Below are positions 42,600 to 52,888 of a stretch of 64,000 nt of DNA, piece by piece; within the stretch, counting starts at the first letter, position 1, and the number at the start of each line of letters is the position of its first letter. Source of the DNA: Candidatus Bathyarchaeota archaeon (GTDB taxonomy: Archaea > Thermoproteota > Bathyarchaeia > Bathyarchaeales > Bathycorpusculaceae); NCBI GenBank assembly GCA_963767735.1, contig CAVYES010000007.1, positions 321,254 through 385,253 on the forward strand. Direction: 5' to 3'. Position numbers and translations under genes: made by a program. A model generated the notes under the pieces. It searched no databases. It was not told where the DNA came from and saw nothing but the letters and a program-made list of their open reading frames with translations.

Positions 42600-42789
42600 C
42601 ACTGTCTGCCTCCGTGAAAGGCGTGATTTGACCGCGAGATGCGCCAAAAGATTTTTCCAACATAGCTTGTCTATGCTGTTTTAAAAGCGTTTGGACTGCG
42701 TCATCGATGCTTTGAACGCCAAGTTTTTCCCGCAGTTCTTCTAGTTTCTCTGCGGTTTTCTTTGAAGCTTATATAGTTGCTTCAGTCAA
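42583..42789 (-). pseudogene. VapB-type antitoxin with in-frame TAA at codon 7
   Basis: MTEATI*ASKKTAEKLEELREKLGVQSIDDAVQTLL...FGASRGQITPFTEAD; overlaps the PIN remnant start. Confidence 0.65.
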
Positions 42790-43062
42790 TTTAAAGCACC
42801 AATTATTGATACCGCATAACAAAGATAAATAATAAGATATCCCGTGTGAGTAATCGATGTATCCCCTGCGAAAGGCACAGTTCATTCCGCATAGCGCAAG
42901 AAGTTCAGCAGTAAATTTGTTAGTGTCCTTTAATTGCTTATTCCAGTTAAGGGTTTAATTGTCTTGCGCTCTCTCTATAGAAGATAGCAAGCAACCTTAT
43001 TTTTCAGGGATAATTCTTAATTACTTCGTGTTCTATGGGTTCTGGTTTGAGGTTACAATGAA

Positions 43063-44130
43063 ATGGTTAAGATGGATTTCGGTGGCGTCAAAGAGGACGT
43101 CATTACACGTAAAGAGTTCACTGTGGCGCAAGCCCAAAAAATCCTAAAAGACGAAGTCGTTGTTTCACTTGGCTACGGCATTCAAGGCCAAGCACAGTCG
43201 CTAAACATGAGGGACAACGGCGTAAAAGTAATCATTGGACAAGAAAAAGAGGGCGTATTCAAAAAAGAATGGGACAAAGCGATTGCAGACGGCTGGAAAC
43301 CAGGCGAAAACCTCTTCTCCATGGAAGAAGCAGCCAAAAAAGGCACAATCAAAATGTACCTGCTTACAGACTCAGCACAAAAAGCAGTATGGCCAAAAAT
43401 CAAAGCAACCCTCAAAGCTGGGGACGCACTCTACTTCAGCCACGGCTTTAGCATCGTCTACAAGGAACAAACAGGCGTTATCCCACCCAAAGACATAGAC
43501 GTAATTCTTGTTGCACCAAAAGGATCAGGCACGTCTGTGCGCAGAAACTTTGTTGACGGCAGCGGCATAAACTGCAGCTTCGCTGTCCACCAAGATGCAA
43601 CTGGCAAAGCAATGGATCGGGCAAAAGCGCTGGGCATCGCCATCGGCGCAGGGTATCTGTTTCCAACTACGTTTGAAAAAGAAGTTTACAGCGACCTTAC
43701 AGGCGAACGCGGCACACTAATGGGCGCACTCGCAGGAATACTTGAAGCACAGTATAACACCCTTCGCGCGCATGGTCACAGCCCAAGTGAAGCCTTTAAC
43801 GAAAGCGTCGAAGAACTCACACAGAGCCTAATCCGCCTCGTTGACGAGAACGGCATGGACTGGATGTACTGCAACTGCAGCGAAACCGCGCGCATAGGTG
43901 CATTACGCTGGAGACCTCGATTCCGCGAAGCTACACAGCCCGTGTTTGATTCACTCTATGAGCTCGTAGCTGCCGGCGAAGAAACACGCATTGTTTTGGA
44001 GAAAAGCAAGGCACCGGACTACCGCCAAAAACTCGCTGACGAACTAAAAGAAATGGGCGAAAGCGAAATGTGGCGTGCAGGCGCAACTGTACGTTCACTT
44101 CGCCCTGGAAAACAGAAGAAGCAAGAATAA
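43063..44130 (+). CDS. ilvC: Ketol-acid reductoisomerase
   Basis: GYGIQG, FSHGF, VAPKGSG, SDLTGERG, SEAFNE. Confidence 0.97.
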   Translation: MVKMDFGGVKEDVITRKEFTVAQAQKILKDEVVVSLGYGIQGQAQSLNMRDNGVKVIIGQEKEGVFKKEWDKAIADGWKPGENLFSMEEAAKKGTIKMYLLTDSAQKAVWPKIKATLKAGDALYFSHGFSIVYKEQTGVIPPKDIDVILVAPKGSGTSVRRNFVDGSGINCSFAVHQDATGKAMDRAKALGIAIGAGYLFPTTFEKEVYSDLTGERGTLMGALAGILEAQYNTLRAHGHSPSEAFNESVEELTQSLIRLVDENGMDWMYCNCSETARIGALRWRPRFREATQPVFDSLYELVAAGEETRIVLEKSKAPDYRQKLADELKEMGESEMWRAGATVRSLRPGKQKKQE

Positions 44131-44269
44131 TCTTCTCTCTATTTCTTTAATTTTTATCTTGTAAATTTTAGAGAAGTTTAGACTATTATCTATATTCTAA
44201 AAAAAAATAAAACAGAAGAGTTAGCCCTAAATTTAGGACCAAAACTCTCTCTATTGGTATCAGGTAGTT

Positions 44270-44398
44270 TTAGATCCATGATTTAGAAAGGATTTTTTTG
44301 CAAGTGCTGCAAATTGTGTAAATCTCTTGCTCATTTTTTATGAGCAGCTCGGTCTCTGCCGTCGACTTACAATTTGGGCAAACGTCACTATGTAACAT
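44270..44398 (-). CDS. Small zinc-finger protein (42 aa, absent from the ORF track)
   Basis: MLHSDVCPNCK...YTICSTCKKILSKSWI; GGAGATG upstream. Confidence 0.6.
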   Translation of the reverse strand: MLHSDVCPNCKSTAETELLIKNEQEIYTICSTCKKILSKSWI

Positions 44399-44738
44399 AT
44401 ATTCATCTCCGATTTACTTTAGGCAGGTGTGACATGAACCAAAAATTTGAAGTTCAGCGTGGCTTAATGCGTTAACAGTAAGGACACAAAACCAGTTTTT
44501 GGGTAACTTGTTTACGCTGTCAATTACTAGCTATAAATCGCTTGGCTAAAATATATCTGTTTCCCAATAGTTAGGCTTTTTTAATGTAAAATCTAAGGTA
44601 TTTTCCAAAACACCTCGTCGGTTTCCTATTTGTGGGTAAGCTAATTTTTTATAAGTCAGCCAAAGAAAGAAACAGAAGGAGTACGCTCACAATATTTTTT
44701 AACCTTATCTTATTATCAACTGTGAAGGAGCAACAGTT

Positions 44739-44945
44739 ATGGTTACGAAGGGTCAACGCAGATTAGGTAGAACAATACGGAAGCTTGAGGGAAGCGTTGA
44801 GCTTAGCGCTAAAGAAAGCAAAGCCAGCGAACAAGAAAAAAAGTATAAACAAAAAACTCAAGCGGCCTTAGGTTACACTGACGATTCGCCAATTCAGAAC
44901 CTACGCGACCCCTCAAAACAGAAAAAAACCCAAACAGCACCTTAA
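44739..44945 (+). CDS. Small basic hypothetical protein
   Basis: ATG with GAAGGAG RBS, 68 aa. Confidence 0.6.
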   Translation: MVTKGQRRLGRTIRKLEGSVELSAKESKASEQEKKYKQKTQAALGYTDDSPIQNLRDPSKQKKTQTAP

Positions 44946-45394
44946 GCCAACCAAAAAGCGAACTTGCTAATTAGTTTTCGACAGGGCAAATTTAACCAAT
45001 TTAAAACGAATTGCTCAGCGAATCTAACGTTCAACAAGTGATGGAAAGAGATTTGGGATTCATTGGGGTTGATAGGGGCTTGTTAAACGTTGATTCGCCG
45101 AGGCATTCTTGACTTCTTGTTGGCTCCGCGTATTTCTCGGCAGAAATATAGAGGTTCCTTTACGTTCTTAAGAGTTTCACAAATAATCTATAGAAACTAA
45201 AATTCAGACTATATTTTATAAAGAAAATTTCTTCAAGCCGCTCAACGTGACCTTCTAAAGATATACATTCCCGAAGTCATAAGCGAATTAACCCTCTTTA
45301 ATCTGCTTCCAAAGCATCTTGGTTACTTGGCTAGCACACGCGGTTTCTTTAAGTTTTTTAAGGTGGAAACGTCTAGTTTTATTGTGAAGAGTTT

Positions 45395-45754
45395 ATGTCG
45401 GCTTCTTTAGATATCGAGAGTGATTGGAATTTTAGAGTTTTTGATAAACGTTTGGTTGTTGTTAAAGCTAAAAATGGCACCGTGCGAAAAGTTGCTGTTT
45501 TAGATGTCTTAACGAATTTGCCTTTTGCGGTTGAGATGCCAGATATGATTTCAATGGATGAGTTAAGCGTTGGCAGTGAATATTTGGCTAACCTCAGAGT
45601 CTACACATCAAAAAACTTGGAGGGCGTAGATGAGGACTTTACCGATTTTTTCGAGGCCTTAGATGTTAATCAAAGCATTGAAGACTTCATAAAAGCCTAC
45701 TGGATTTACCCCAGCAAAATACGCTTTGAACTAATCGATACAGAAGAGCCGTAG
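45395..45754 (+). CDS. Hypothetical protein
   Basis: 119-aa ORF, TTTTTAAG TATA-like box upstream. Confidence 0.65.
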   Translation: MSASLDIESDWNFRVFDKRLVVVKAKNGTVRKVAVLDVLTNLPFAVEMPDMISMDELSVGSEYLANLRVYTSKNLEGVDEDFTDFFEALDVNQSIEDFIKAYWIYPSKIRFELIDTEEP

Positions 45755-45755
45755 C

Positions 45756-46661
45756 TTACCGCAGCACCATGTTGACGAATTTTTCAGGATTAAACAGCTC
45801 TAAATCCTTATACGTTTGCCCAACGCCGATGAACAAAATCGGCTTCTGAGTCACATATGTCACGCTTAACGCTGAACCGCCCTTCACGTCAGCATCCACC
45901 TTTGTCAAAATTGTGGCGTCGATACCGACGGCTTTGTTAAATTCTTCCGCTTGCATGACCGCGTCGTTACCAATAAGCGAATCAACAGCGAGAATTGTCA
46001 AGTCTGGGCAAACGACACGTTTCACTTTAATTAACTCATTCATCAAGTTCTGGTTAGTCTGCATTCTGCCCGCAGTGTCGATTAACACGATGTTGATTCC
46101 ATGCGATTTAGCGTGGCTAACGGCATCATACGCTACCGCTGCAGGGTCACCGCCATAATTGCTCTTGATAACGCGGATGCCTAAGCGTTTTCCATGCTCC
46201 TCCAGCTGCTCAATAGAACCCGCACGGTAAGTGTCAGCGCCAGCAAGCACCACAGAGTAGCTTTTCTCGTGGAAAAACTGCGCAACCTTCGCGATCGTAG
46301 TGGTTTTTCCTGTGCCGTTAATGCCAACAAACATCAACGTAAACGGCTCTTTCTTCTTGCGTTTCTCTTCAGCTAACTTGAGCAAATCAATTCTTTTATC
46401 GGTAAGCATAACTTCCAAAAGAACTTGTCTAAGGTTTTCCTCAACGATTTTTTTGCGGTCATCGAGACGTTTAACTTGGACGCCGCTGAGGCGCTTTTCC
46501 AGGTCGCAGCTGATTTTTTCCGCTACTGGATAGGCCACGTCGTTTTCGGCTAAGCTCATTTTGAATTCTGATAAAATAGGATTTAGGTTTTCTGCTTTAA
46601 GTTCTGTTGTTGTAACTTTGTTTACTAAGCCTTTGAAACCGGACTTGAGCTTCTCAAACAT
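45756..46661 (-). CDS. ftsY: SRP receptor FtsY
   Basis: GINGTGKTTT, DTYRAG, DTAGR, TKVD..KGG. Confidence 0.97.
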   Translation of the reverse strand: MFEKLKSGFKGLVNKVTTTELKAENLNPILSEFKMSLAENDVAYPVAEKISCDLEKRLSGVQVKRLDDRKKIVEENLRQVLLEVMLTDKRIDLLKLAEEKRKKKEPFTLMFVGINGTGKTTTIAKVAQFFHEKSYSVVLAGADTYRAGSIEQLEEHGKRLGIRVIKSNYGGDPAAVAYDAVSHAKSHGINIVLIDTAGRMQTNQNLMNELIKVKRVVCPDLTILAVDSLIGNDAVMQAEEFNKAVGIDATILTKVDADVKGGSALSVTYVTQKPILFIGVGQTYKDLELFNPEKFVNMVLR

Positions 46662-46665
46662 CGCT

Positions 46666-47106
46666 TCAAGGTTTCCCTTCTCTTGCGTTGCCAAGCAAAG
46701 TTTCAAGCCTGCTTCTGCCGCTGTTTATCCGGTCAGCCACCTGCGTGAACTGTTGCTGGGCGGCATTCATGGTTTTTTCCAGTTCATCTAGCCGCTCTTT
46801 GAGGATTGTTTTTGCTTCAGGCACAGTTTTTTCTATTGATACGCCTGCGCCCATCCCGACAATTACCTTGTTTGAGTCTGCAAGTTTAACTTTCACGTAA
46901 GCGCTTCCGCCGATTGGAACCAAAAGCTCAGAATTTTCCTTTTCTTTCTCAATCCCATCCAAAGTCATGTTAGCATAACTTAAGTCTGTAACAGCAGCAT
47001 TCACCATGCTGATGCGTTGCTGCAGGGCGTCCGCAGTTTGCTCTAGATACTGCATTTCCATGCTGAGTTTGCGAAGTTCCTCATCAGCTTTACTTCTTTG
47101 CGCCAA
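46666..47106 (-). CDS. pfdA: Prefoldin subunit alpha
   Basis: LLVPIGG...VIVGMGAGVSIEK coiled-coil/hairpin; conserved synteny. Confidence 0.95.
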   Translation of the reverse strand: MAQRSKADEELRKLSMEMQYLEQTADALQQRISMVNAAVTDLSYANMTLDGIEKEKENSELLVPIGGSAYVKVKLADSNKVIVGMGAGVSIEKTVPEAKTILKERLDELEKTMNAAQQQFTQVADRINSGRSRLETLLGNAREGKP

Positions 47107-47110
47107 CTGC

Positions 47111-47338
47111 TTATTCTCCAGCGACTATTTTCTTTAAGATTGGGTTTTCAATTTCCTCTGCAGAAATCTCTTGAACATTAGTTATTTTAATGTGACACCT
47201 TTTTACTCGGTGTCTGCTGCCTATTTCAGCGTAAACCTTCTCGACCGCATGTTCACTCTTTTCGGCTAACAATTCTCTTGCGAAAGGAGTTTTCAGCCGA
47301 GGCTTATTGATTTCGCCGGTTACTTTGAAAGCCTTCAT
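47111..47338 (-). CDS. rpl18a: 50S ribosomal protein L18Ae/LX (eL20)
   Basis: HAVEKVYAEIGSRHRVKR..I.I. Confidence 0.92.
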   Translation of the reverse strand: MKAFKVTGEINKPRLKTPFARELLAEKSEHAVEKVYAEIGSRHRVKRCHIKITNVQEISAEEIENPILKKIVAGE

Positions 47339-48024
47339 TTTTCATCTTCCTGCACCACATCCAGCGCATTCCCAATAATAAACATCTCGGGTCCAGTTGT
47401 CATAGAACCAGCCACCGCAGCATTTGAATTAGCAAGCAAACCAGTTCCAACATAAGGAACCCCACAGTTAATTGTGCCAACGTCAACTGGAACTTTGAAA
47501 ACGGTTTCCAAGATTTTTCTTTCCTCATCTTTCAACAGTGGATGCGCTAAAACTCCTTTGTTTGTTGCAGTCGCTAAAGAACCCACATAGGGAAGCCCCG
47601 CGATTTCTGTCGGCACAGCTTCAACCCCGAGGGCTTCGGAGATTTGCTTTATCTCGTTTTCTTTAAAGCGTGGATCAACCACCGCGCCCTTGTCGTTTGC
47701 TAAGACCAAGTTGCCGTAAGCCGTCTTTTTTGTTTCCATAATTGTGAGATTTCCCTCAAAGACTGATTTGATCTGCGTTAGTTCTTCTTCCCGAACGTAG
47801 TTTGGAAGCAACATCCCGTTCGAGTTTGCGCAGGCTAACGCTCCGCCGAGAACCGAGCCCCCGATGGATGTGTAGAGAAGCTTGGTTTTTAGCCAATCGG
47901 CGAACTCTTGAGCTTTCTCTTGGGGAACCATTCTCGGAATCAGCACTAAGCTTTCAGTTGCCAATGCGTAGACACCTATGCTTGGGCTTCCAACTATGCT
48001 GGATAAGTAAACGGTCAAGAACAA
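47335..48024 (-). CDS. eif6: Translation initiation factor 6
   Basis: IGVY, GNLVLAND, GTINCG..YVG, TTGPE. Confidence 0.95.
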   Translation of the reverse strand: MFLTVYLSSIVGSPSIGVYALATESLVLIPRMVPQEKAQEFADWLKTKLLYTSIGGSVLGGALACANSNGMLLPNYVREEELTQIKSVFEGNLTIMETKKTAYGNLVLANDKGAVVDPRFKENEIKQISEALGVEAVPTEIAGLPYVGSLATATNKGVLAHPLLKDEERKILETVFKVPVDVGTINCGVPYVGTGLLANSNAAVAGSMTTGPEMFIIGNALDVVQEDEK

Positions 48025-48262
48025 ATGGTCTCCTGGTGATTAACGTTGTTGGCGATGTTTCACGCATACTCCTTTTTTTAGATTGCGGTTCTTTCAATAT
48101 TTTCGCAGTCTTTGTTTTATGTTGTGTCTTTTGCCGTGGGAAAGTTGCGAGGAATTTATTATTTCTTGAATACCAATAAAAGCGTTTAGCTTTCAAATTT
48201 ATTCTAATATTAAATTTTCCTGCCTAAAATCATCTCAGTTACTTAGCGGTTGTTGCTTCACT

Positions 48263-48440
48263 CTGTGACAACATTATCTTATATTCTCTTTCAGCGTATC
48301 CAGATTCAAGAAAGAAGAAGCAACTAAGAGCCCAGTTGTTGGACGGGTCTGGCTGCTAACATGACCAAGGCGCGTGCCCTACTGTTTTTGCGCCCCCTCA
48401 ATGTTAGCACGAGGCTAAATCCGCTTAATCCACTTTTTGC
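48263..48440 (+). ncRNA. Putative structured ncRNA / hairpin element C, copy 1 (TATA-like box, long hairpin, T-tract)
   Basis: Homologous to 48663-48866; GCTAACAT pairs with ATGTTAGC; outer stem with G-U pairs; CTTTTTG after the stem. Confidence 0.5.
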
Positions 48441-48662
48441 CCCAAAATCAGGCAAACAAAGCAACATAGCTTCAGAATAATTCATAAATAAAACAAATCA
48501 CCCCCTGAAGCTACATGATTGCATCATTTTATGAAATATACAAGTGCCAATTTGTCACGCGGTGATGACCAGACCTAGAATCGCAGTGAGCACACTACAT
48601 GAATAAGCTTAAGGGGCAATCTCGCCCAAAATCCTCCTAATTTAGTGATTGTTGTGTCAAAT

Positions 48663-48866
48663 CTGTGACAACATTATTTTATATTCTTTACAATCGTAAC
48701 AAGCTACTGAGAAAGAAGAAGGAATAACTAAGAGCCCAGCTGTTGAGCGGATCTGGTTGCCTAATGCGCGGTAAGGTTTTTTTCCTTCAGGTTTTTGCAT
48801 TTCTCCTTAAGGTTTTGTTTCCTTGCCGCTGTTAGCACAAGCCAATCCGCTTAACCAACCTTTTTG
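48663..48866 (+). ncRNA. Putative structured ncRNA / hairpin element C, copy 2
   Basis: GTTGAGCGGAT pairs with ATCCGCTTAAC; GCGGTAAGG pairs with CCTTGCCGC; same promoter-like head and T-tract. Confidence 0.5.
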
Positions 48867-49055
48867 TCTAGAATCCTGCAAGCAACGCAGTATTGACGCA
48901 GTAGTTAGTCCATAGTAGATAACTTCTTTTCCATCTTTCACCGTTTGCGCAAGCGGACAAAAATCAGGCGACTTGTTCGATTTCTTGCTCCCGAAAGTTC
49001 CAGAAAATATTTAGCACAAGCATTTACGGTGTTCACTTCGGAGGTTGGCTCTGCC

Positions 49056-50375
49056 CTATTCTTTTCCTAGAGCGACTGCTACAATTGCCACTCCCATAAT
49101 TAATATTATTATTGCTCCAACTGTAGGTAGCGATGAAATCAACTGCTGTGATTGTGAAATTGGAGGCGGCGGACTAGGAGAGGTGCTTGGTGTAGGCGTG
49201 GGCGTTGGTGTAGCTGTAGGAGAAGGAGAAGGCATTGGGGTTGGAGCTGGAGTTGGTATCGGCGCGTTTGGGTTAGGTAATGCTTCAGGGTTTGACGCTG
49301 ACAAGAAGGGAACGAAGTCAACTGTGCCTACGGTAAAGTCGTTTTTAAAGTCGTAGATTGTTTGGCTGATTGCCTGTTGATCTGTGGTTCCCCACCAATT
49401 ATCGGCAAGGTTAATTTCGGAAGATGCTTGTCCAGAGAGTTTTGCGTTCAGTGTATTGCCGTAAATGTTGTTGTTAAATATTGCTGGCGCATTTGGGGTT
49501 TCTATCTGAATTCCCACGGCGTTATTGGTGACTGTATTATTCTCGATCGCTACTTCACTATCGACTGAACTTTGAATAGCACATGAAATTCCAATGAAGC
49601 TATTGCTTATCAAATTTCGCTCGATTAAAGTTGAATCTGGGGATCCATAAGCATCGTTTAAAGACAAGCCAGAAATAACGTTGTCGGCTACGATGCCGCT
49701 TCCAGCACTAATTGAGAGACCGCCTGTAATCGTGTTATTTGAAATTACAGGTGACCCGCCGATAACGCCAAGTCCAGTAGTTATGCTATCATTTAAAATC
49801 GTAGGTGAACCATTTATAAGCGTCAAGGCACCGCTAAGAAAGGCACTGTTGCTAATTTCTACTCCGCTTGACACCTCAAATTCAGTGTTGGTAACGACGA
49901 CATTTTCAATAATAGAGCCTGAATTTGTTTGTTGATTCCAACCCGTGCTAGAGGGCGAAAAAGTAAGCGCAGAGTAAAAGGCAAAGAAGATGTGACCTTG
50001 CACATTGCCGTTTATGTAAATTGGGTTGGCGGTTGTGCCTATTGCAGACAAAACTCCATTAACCTCTATGCCGTTACCTATGAGACCGATGGTGATGTTG
50101 GCGCCTGGTTGAATTATTAGGGAACCGTTATCCTCCAGGTAATAGCTGTTGAGGTTAACTGTAGCATCGGCACCTATTGTTAAAGTGACTCCGTTGTTAA
50201 CAAGGACATTTCCGGTAAAGTTGTATGGACTATTTGCTTGAGTCCACGTTGTATCCGAGCCAATTATGTAACTCACGTTTGTGCCACTTTGAGCCCTGCA
50301 AAAATGTGCAGTACCCACAAAAGCTAACCCGCAAACCATAGTAGCTATCAATAATATTGAATAAATCTTCAACAA
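49056..50375 (-). CDS. Secreted right-handed beta-helix (NosD/pectin-lyase-like) surface protein with Pro/Thr linker and C-terminal TM
   Basis: Signal peptide, DTTWTQANSPY, NNTI/NNNI repeats, NWWGTTD, PTPTP linker. Confidence 0.8.
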   Translation of the reverse strand: MLKIYSILLIATMVCGLAFVGTAHFCRAQSGTNVSYIIGSDTTWTQANSPYNFTGNVLVNNGVTLTIGADATVNLNSYYLEDNGSLIIQPGANITIGLIGNGIEVNGVLSAIGTTANPIYINGNVQGHIFFAFYSALTFSPSSTGWNQQTNSGSIIENVVVTNTEFEVSSGVEISNSAFLSGALTLINGSPTILNDSITTGLGVIGGSPVISNNTITGGLSISAGSGIVADNVISGLSLNDAYGSPDSTLIERNLISNSFIGISCAIQSSVDSEVAIENNTVTNNAVGIQIETPNAPAIFNNNIYGNTLNAKLSGQASSEINLADNWWGTTDQQAISQTIYDFKNDFTVGTVDFVPFLSASNPEALPNPNAPIPTPAPTPMPSPSPTATPTPTPTPSTSPSPPPPISQSQQLISSLPTVGAIIILIMGVAIVAVALGKE

Positions 50376-50542
50376 AAATCAGCCTATTCTCTAACTACAC
50401 ACAACGCTTGAATCAATAAAAGCATTTCTTTTGATATCCAATGCAGACTCAATATCTGAAAGCCACCAAACAAAACACTTCAGACTGAACGCAGCCTCTC
50501 CCAACTATACAATGCAAAACAAAAAATAAAAATAGGAAGAAA

Positions 50543-51031
50543 CTATTGGGCTTCAGCTAAGTAAACGGTTACGTTGCCGTCTTTGTCTTTTGCTGCACGG
50601 ACACGAATCTTTCGAGGAGGCTTCTCTATGCCGCGATCCCAGATTTTCTCGTTAACTTCCTGGCTTATTAGAAGTTGAGGTAACTCTTCTTCTTCCTCTT
50701 CTTCAGAAACCTTCATTTCCAGCTTCATGTGCTTTGTAATGAAAATTTTTAAAAGCTGCATTGCTCGTGGCGCACGCTTCTTAGGCGGCCTAACAAGCGC
50801 TCTCGACAAAGGAACAGTGTAGGTTCGTTCTTCAACAATTTCTTCTTCCTCTTTCTTCTTTTTAGGTTTAGCTTCCTCTGCCTCTTCTATTGCCGGCTGC
50901 TCTTCGGCTGGAGCCTCCTCTTTTGTCAGTTCTTCTTCAGGCTCTACTTTCTCAACGGTTTCTTCTTCACTTAGGTCCGGCATTTCTTCTTCTTCAGCAA
51001 GCTTCTGTTCTTCTTGGTCTTCTTTAACCAT
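50543..51031 (-). CDS. rpl31e: 50S ribosomal protein eL31 with acidic N-terminal extension
   Basis: EERTYTVPL, KRAPRA, VNEKIWDRGIEKPPRKIRVR. Confidence 0.95.
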   Translation of the reverse strand: MVKEDQEEQKLAEEEEMPDLSEEETVEKVEPEEELTKEEAPAEEQPAIEEAEEAKPKKKKEEEEIVEERTYTVPLSRALVRPPKKRAPRAMQLLKIFITKHMKLEMKVSEEEEEEELPQLLISQEVNEKIWDRGIEKPPRKIRVRAAKDKDGNVTVYLAEAQ

Positions 51032-51047
51032 TTAGCTTCATCTTCTC

Positions 51048-51206
51048 CTAAGCCTTTATTTTCCTAGTTCGCCAGTTTCGGCTTTGCTTAGGGTTATTTC
51101 TAACTTTACCGTCAGTTCGGGCAATTACCCATGTTGGAACACCCGCTGCCTCTTTTCCAGCTTTTGCTAGCCTTAGTTTTTTTGCGGTAGGTTTAACTCG
51201 CGCCAT
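51048..51206 (-). CDS. rpl39e: 50S ribosomal protein eL39 (52 aa, absent from the ORF track)
   Basis: MARVKPTAKKLRLAKA...VPTWVIART...RNWRTRKIK. Confidence 0.93.
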   Translation of the reverse strand: MARVKPTAKKLRLAKAGKEAAGVPTWVIARTDGKVRNNPKQSRNWRTRKIKA

Positions 51207-51212
51207 TTTTTT

Positions 51213-51542
51213 TCATATCCTTCTAATTGTTGGTTCTCGCTTCCGTGATTGAAGCTGAATCAATATTTCCTTGAGCTGAGCATCTGACAACGGAATTGGC
51301 AACTTACCGGTCTGCGCCATCTGAATCAACTGCAACTCTATTTGCCCAGCAAATTCAGGCTTAACCATCTTGAGGTTATTTAGCCTTTGCCGTGCCTCAG
51401 GTGACAATATCTTGTTCAACAACGCCTGCTTTTGAGCTTCAAACTGCGCCTCTTCCGAAGACTGCCTCTGCTCATCACTCACTCTATGCTGCAAAGATGA
51501 TAGTTTTCTTCTGCGAATTTGCTCAAGCTCGTCATCCGACAT
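51213..51542 (-). CDS. PDCD5-like DNA-binding protein
   Basis: DELEQIRRRKL, ILSPEARQRL..LKMVKP. Confidence 0.92.
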   Translation of the reverse strand: MSDDELEQIRRRKLSSLQHRVSDEQRQSSEEAQFEAQKQALLNKILSPEARQRLNNLKMVKPEFAGQIELQLIQMAQTGKLPIPLSDAQLKEILIQLQSRKREPTIRRI

Positions 51543-51547
51543 TGCGT

Positions 51548-52012
51548 CTATTCGCCTTGATACTTCTTGAGCTCAGGGACAGTCTTAACTATTTCCTTAT
51601 GCAGGTCTCCAGCGACCTCTTGAAGCAACTTGCGACCTTTAGGAGTCATTATTCTTCCCTGAGGCCTTGCCGTTTGGATTAAACCAGCAGTCTCAAGTTG
51701 ATGAAGAATCTTGCGAATGTTGTTTCCGCCTGCTTTAACCACATGCGATTTTTTAACACCGTTATTCTTTCTTCCACCGTAATCAGAACGCAGTTTCTCC
51801 AATCCGATTGGACCGTAAACATAAACTTTGCGAAGTATAGACGCACTTCGAGTATACCACCAATTCGGGTTCTGAGGCTGCTTTTCTACGTGATTTCCGG
51901 TTTTAGCAAAAGTCGCCCATGGAAGAGGCTGAACCTCATCAACGTTTTCCTTAAGATACCTAGCTAACCGGTCGATGAATTTTGAAGCTGGAACATCATG
52001 AGGAGTAGTCAA
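51548..52012 (-). CDS. rps19e: 30S ribosomal protein eS19
   Basis: FAKTG, WWYTRSASILRK, YGGRK, IRKILHQLE. Confidence 0.96.
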   Translation of the reverse strand: MTTPHDVPASKFIDRLARYLKENVDEVQPLPWATFAKTGNHVEKQPQNPNWWYTRSASILRKVYVYGPIGLEKLRSDYGGRKNNGVKKSHVVKAGGNNIRKILHQLETAGLIQTARPQGRIMTPKGRKLLQEVAGDLHKEIVKTVPELKKYQGE

Positions 52013-52615
52013 GATTGCTCTAATCCTTTGTTTTTCCTTGCAGTTAAACAATGAAGCCTAATATAAATATTATCGGGTCTAATCTTCGACAACATGAAAT
52101 TGAAGATTCAAAACGGCAAAGAGGTTAGGCAAGGCAAATGAGCGTAATGAAAAGTCTTTGGAACATCGAAAGTCTTCAATACTTAACCAAAACTTTTTTT
52201 CTCTTGTTTTTGCTTTTCCCCAAATTGTTTCGTTTTTCAGAAGAAATTAAGTCACATTTTTCTGTAGGATAAAAAGAAAAAATATGCGTTAATTGTAGCG
52301 AAGCCAAGTATCCATAGCGCTTTCGCATAAAACATGAGGTCGAAGTAGGCGGGTAAACAGCCTAAGCTTAGAGTTATGAGACCGCAAAAACCCAAGGTTT
52401 CCTTATTGACGTTCAGTTTTTTTGGCAGATTTGACCCAGCTTTATCAGCTTTTCAAGCTCTGCATTAATCTTTGCTGGTTCAACGGAAATAAGGCTTATG
52501 AACTGAAAATATACATAATAAATAGATTGGCGATTTTTTCTTTTCTTTGTTCCTCTTTCGGGCTCTTAGAGTTAAGGGTAGAACCAGATGAACTGGATAA
52601 TGATCCTTAGTTTTT

Positions 52616-52888
52616 TTAACGTATCGATGCTTTTGCTCTTAGCACTGAGCCTCTGAGATCGATTCTTGAGGGGCAAACGTAACTGCAGTTTCCACAGCCG
52701 TCACAGAGTTCTACTTTCAGTTCTCTAAGCTTCTCTTTCTTGCTTTTGTCGAATGCTTCTTTGATTAAAACTGGACTTAGGTGATGGCAACAAACACGCA
52801 TACATACACCGCATCGGATACAAGCGACTGTTTTAGCGTTTTGTTTCCTCTTAACATTTTCAAGCTTTTGCGATAATGTCGATGTCAT
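52616..52888 (-). CDS. Stand-alone 2x[4Fe-4S] protein resembling the RnfC ferredoxin domain
   Basis: CIRCGVCMRVC and CDGCGNCSYVCPSRIDL. Confidence 0.8.
   Translation of the reverse strand: MTSTLSQKLENVKRKQNAKTVACIRCGVCMRVCCHHLSPVLIKEAFDKSKKEKLRELKVELCDGCGNCSYVCPSRIDLRGSVLRAKASIR

Noticed and set aside
49165-49275. GT-rich repetitive tract
   Set aside because: It encodes the Pro/Thr linker of the beta-helix protein.
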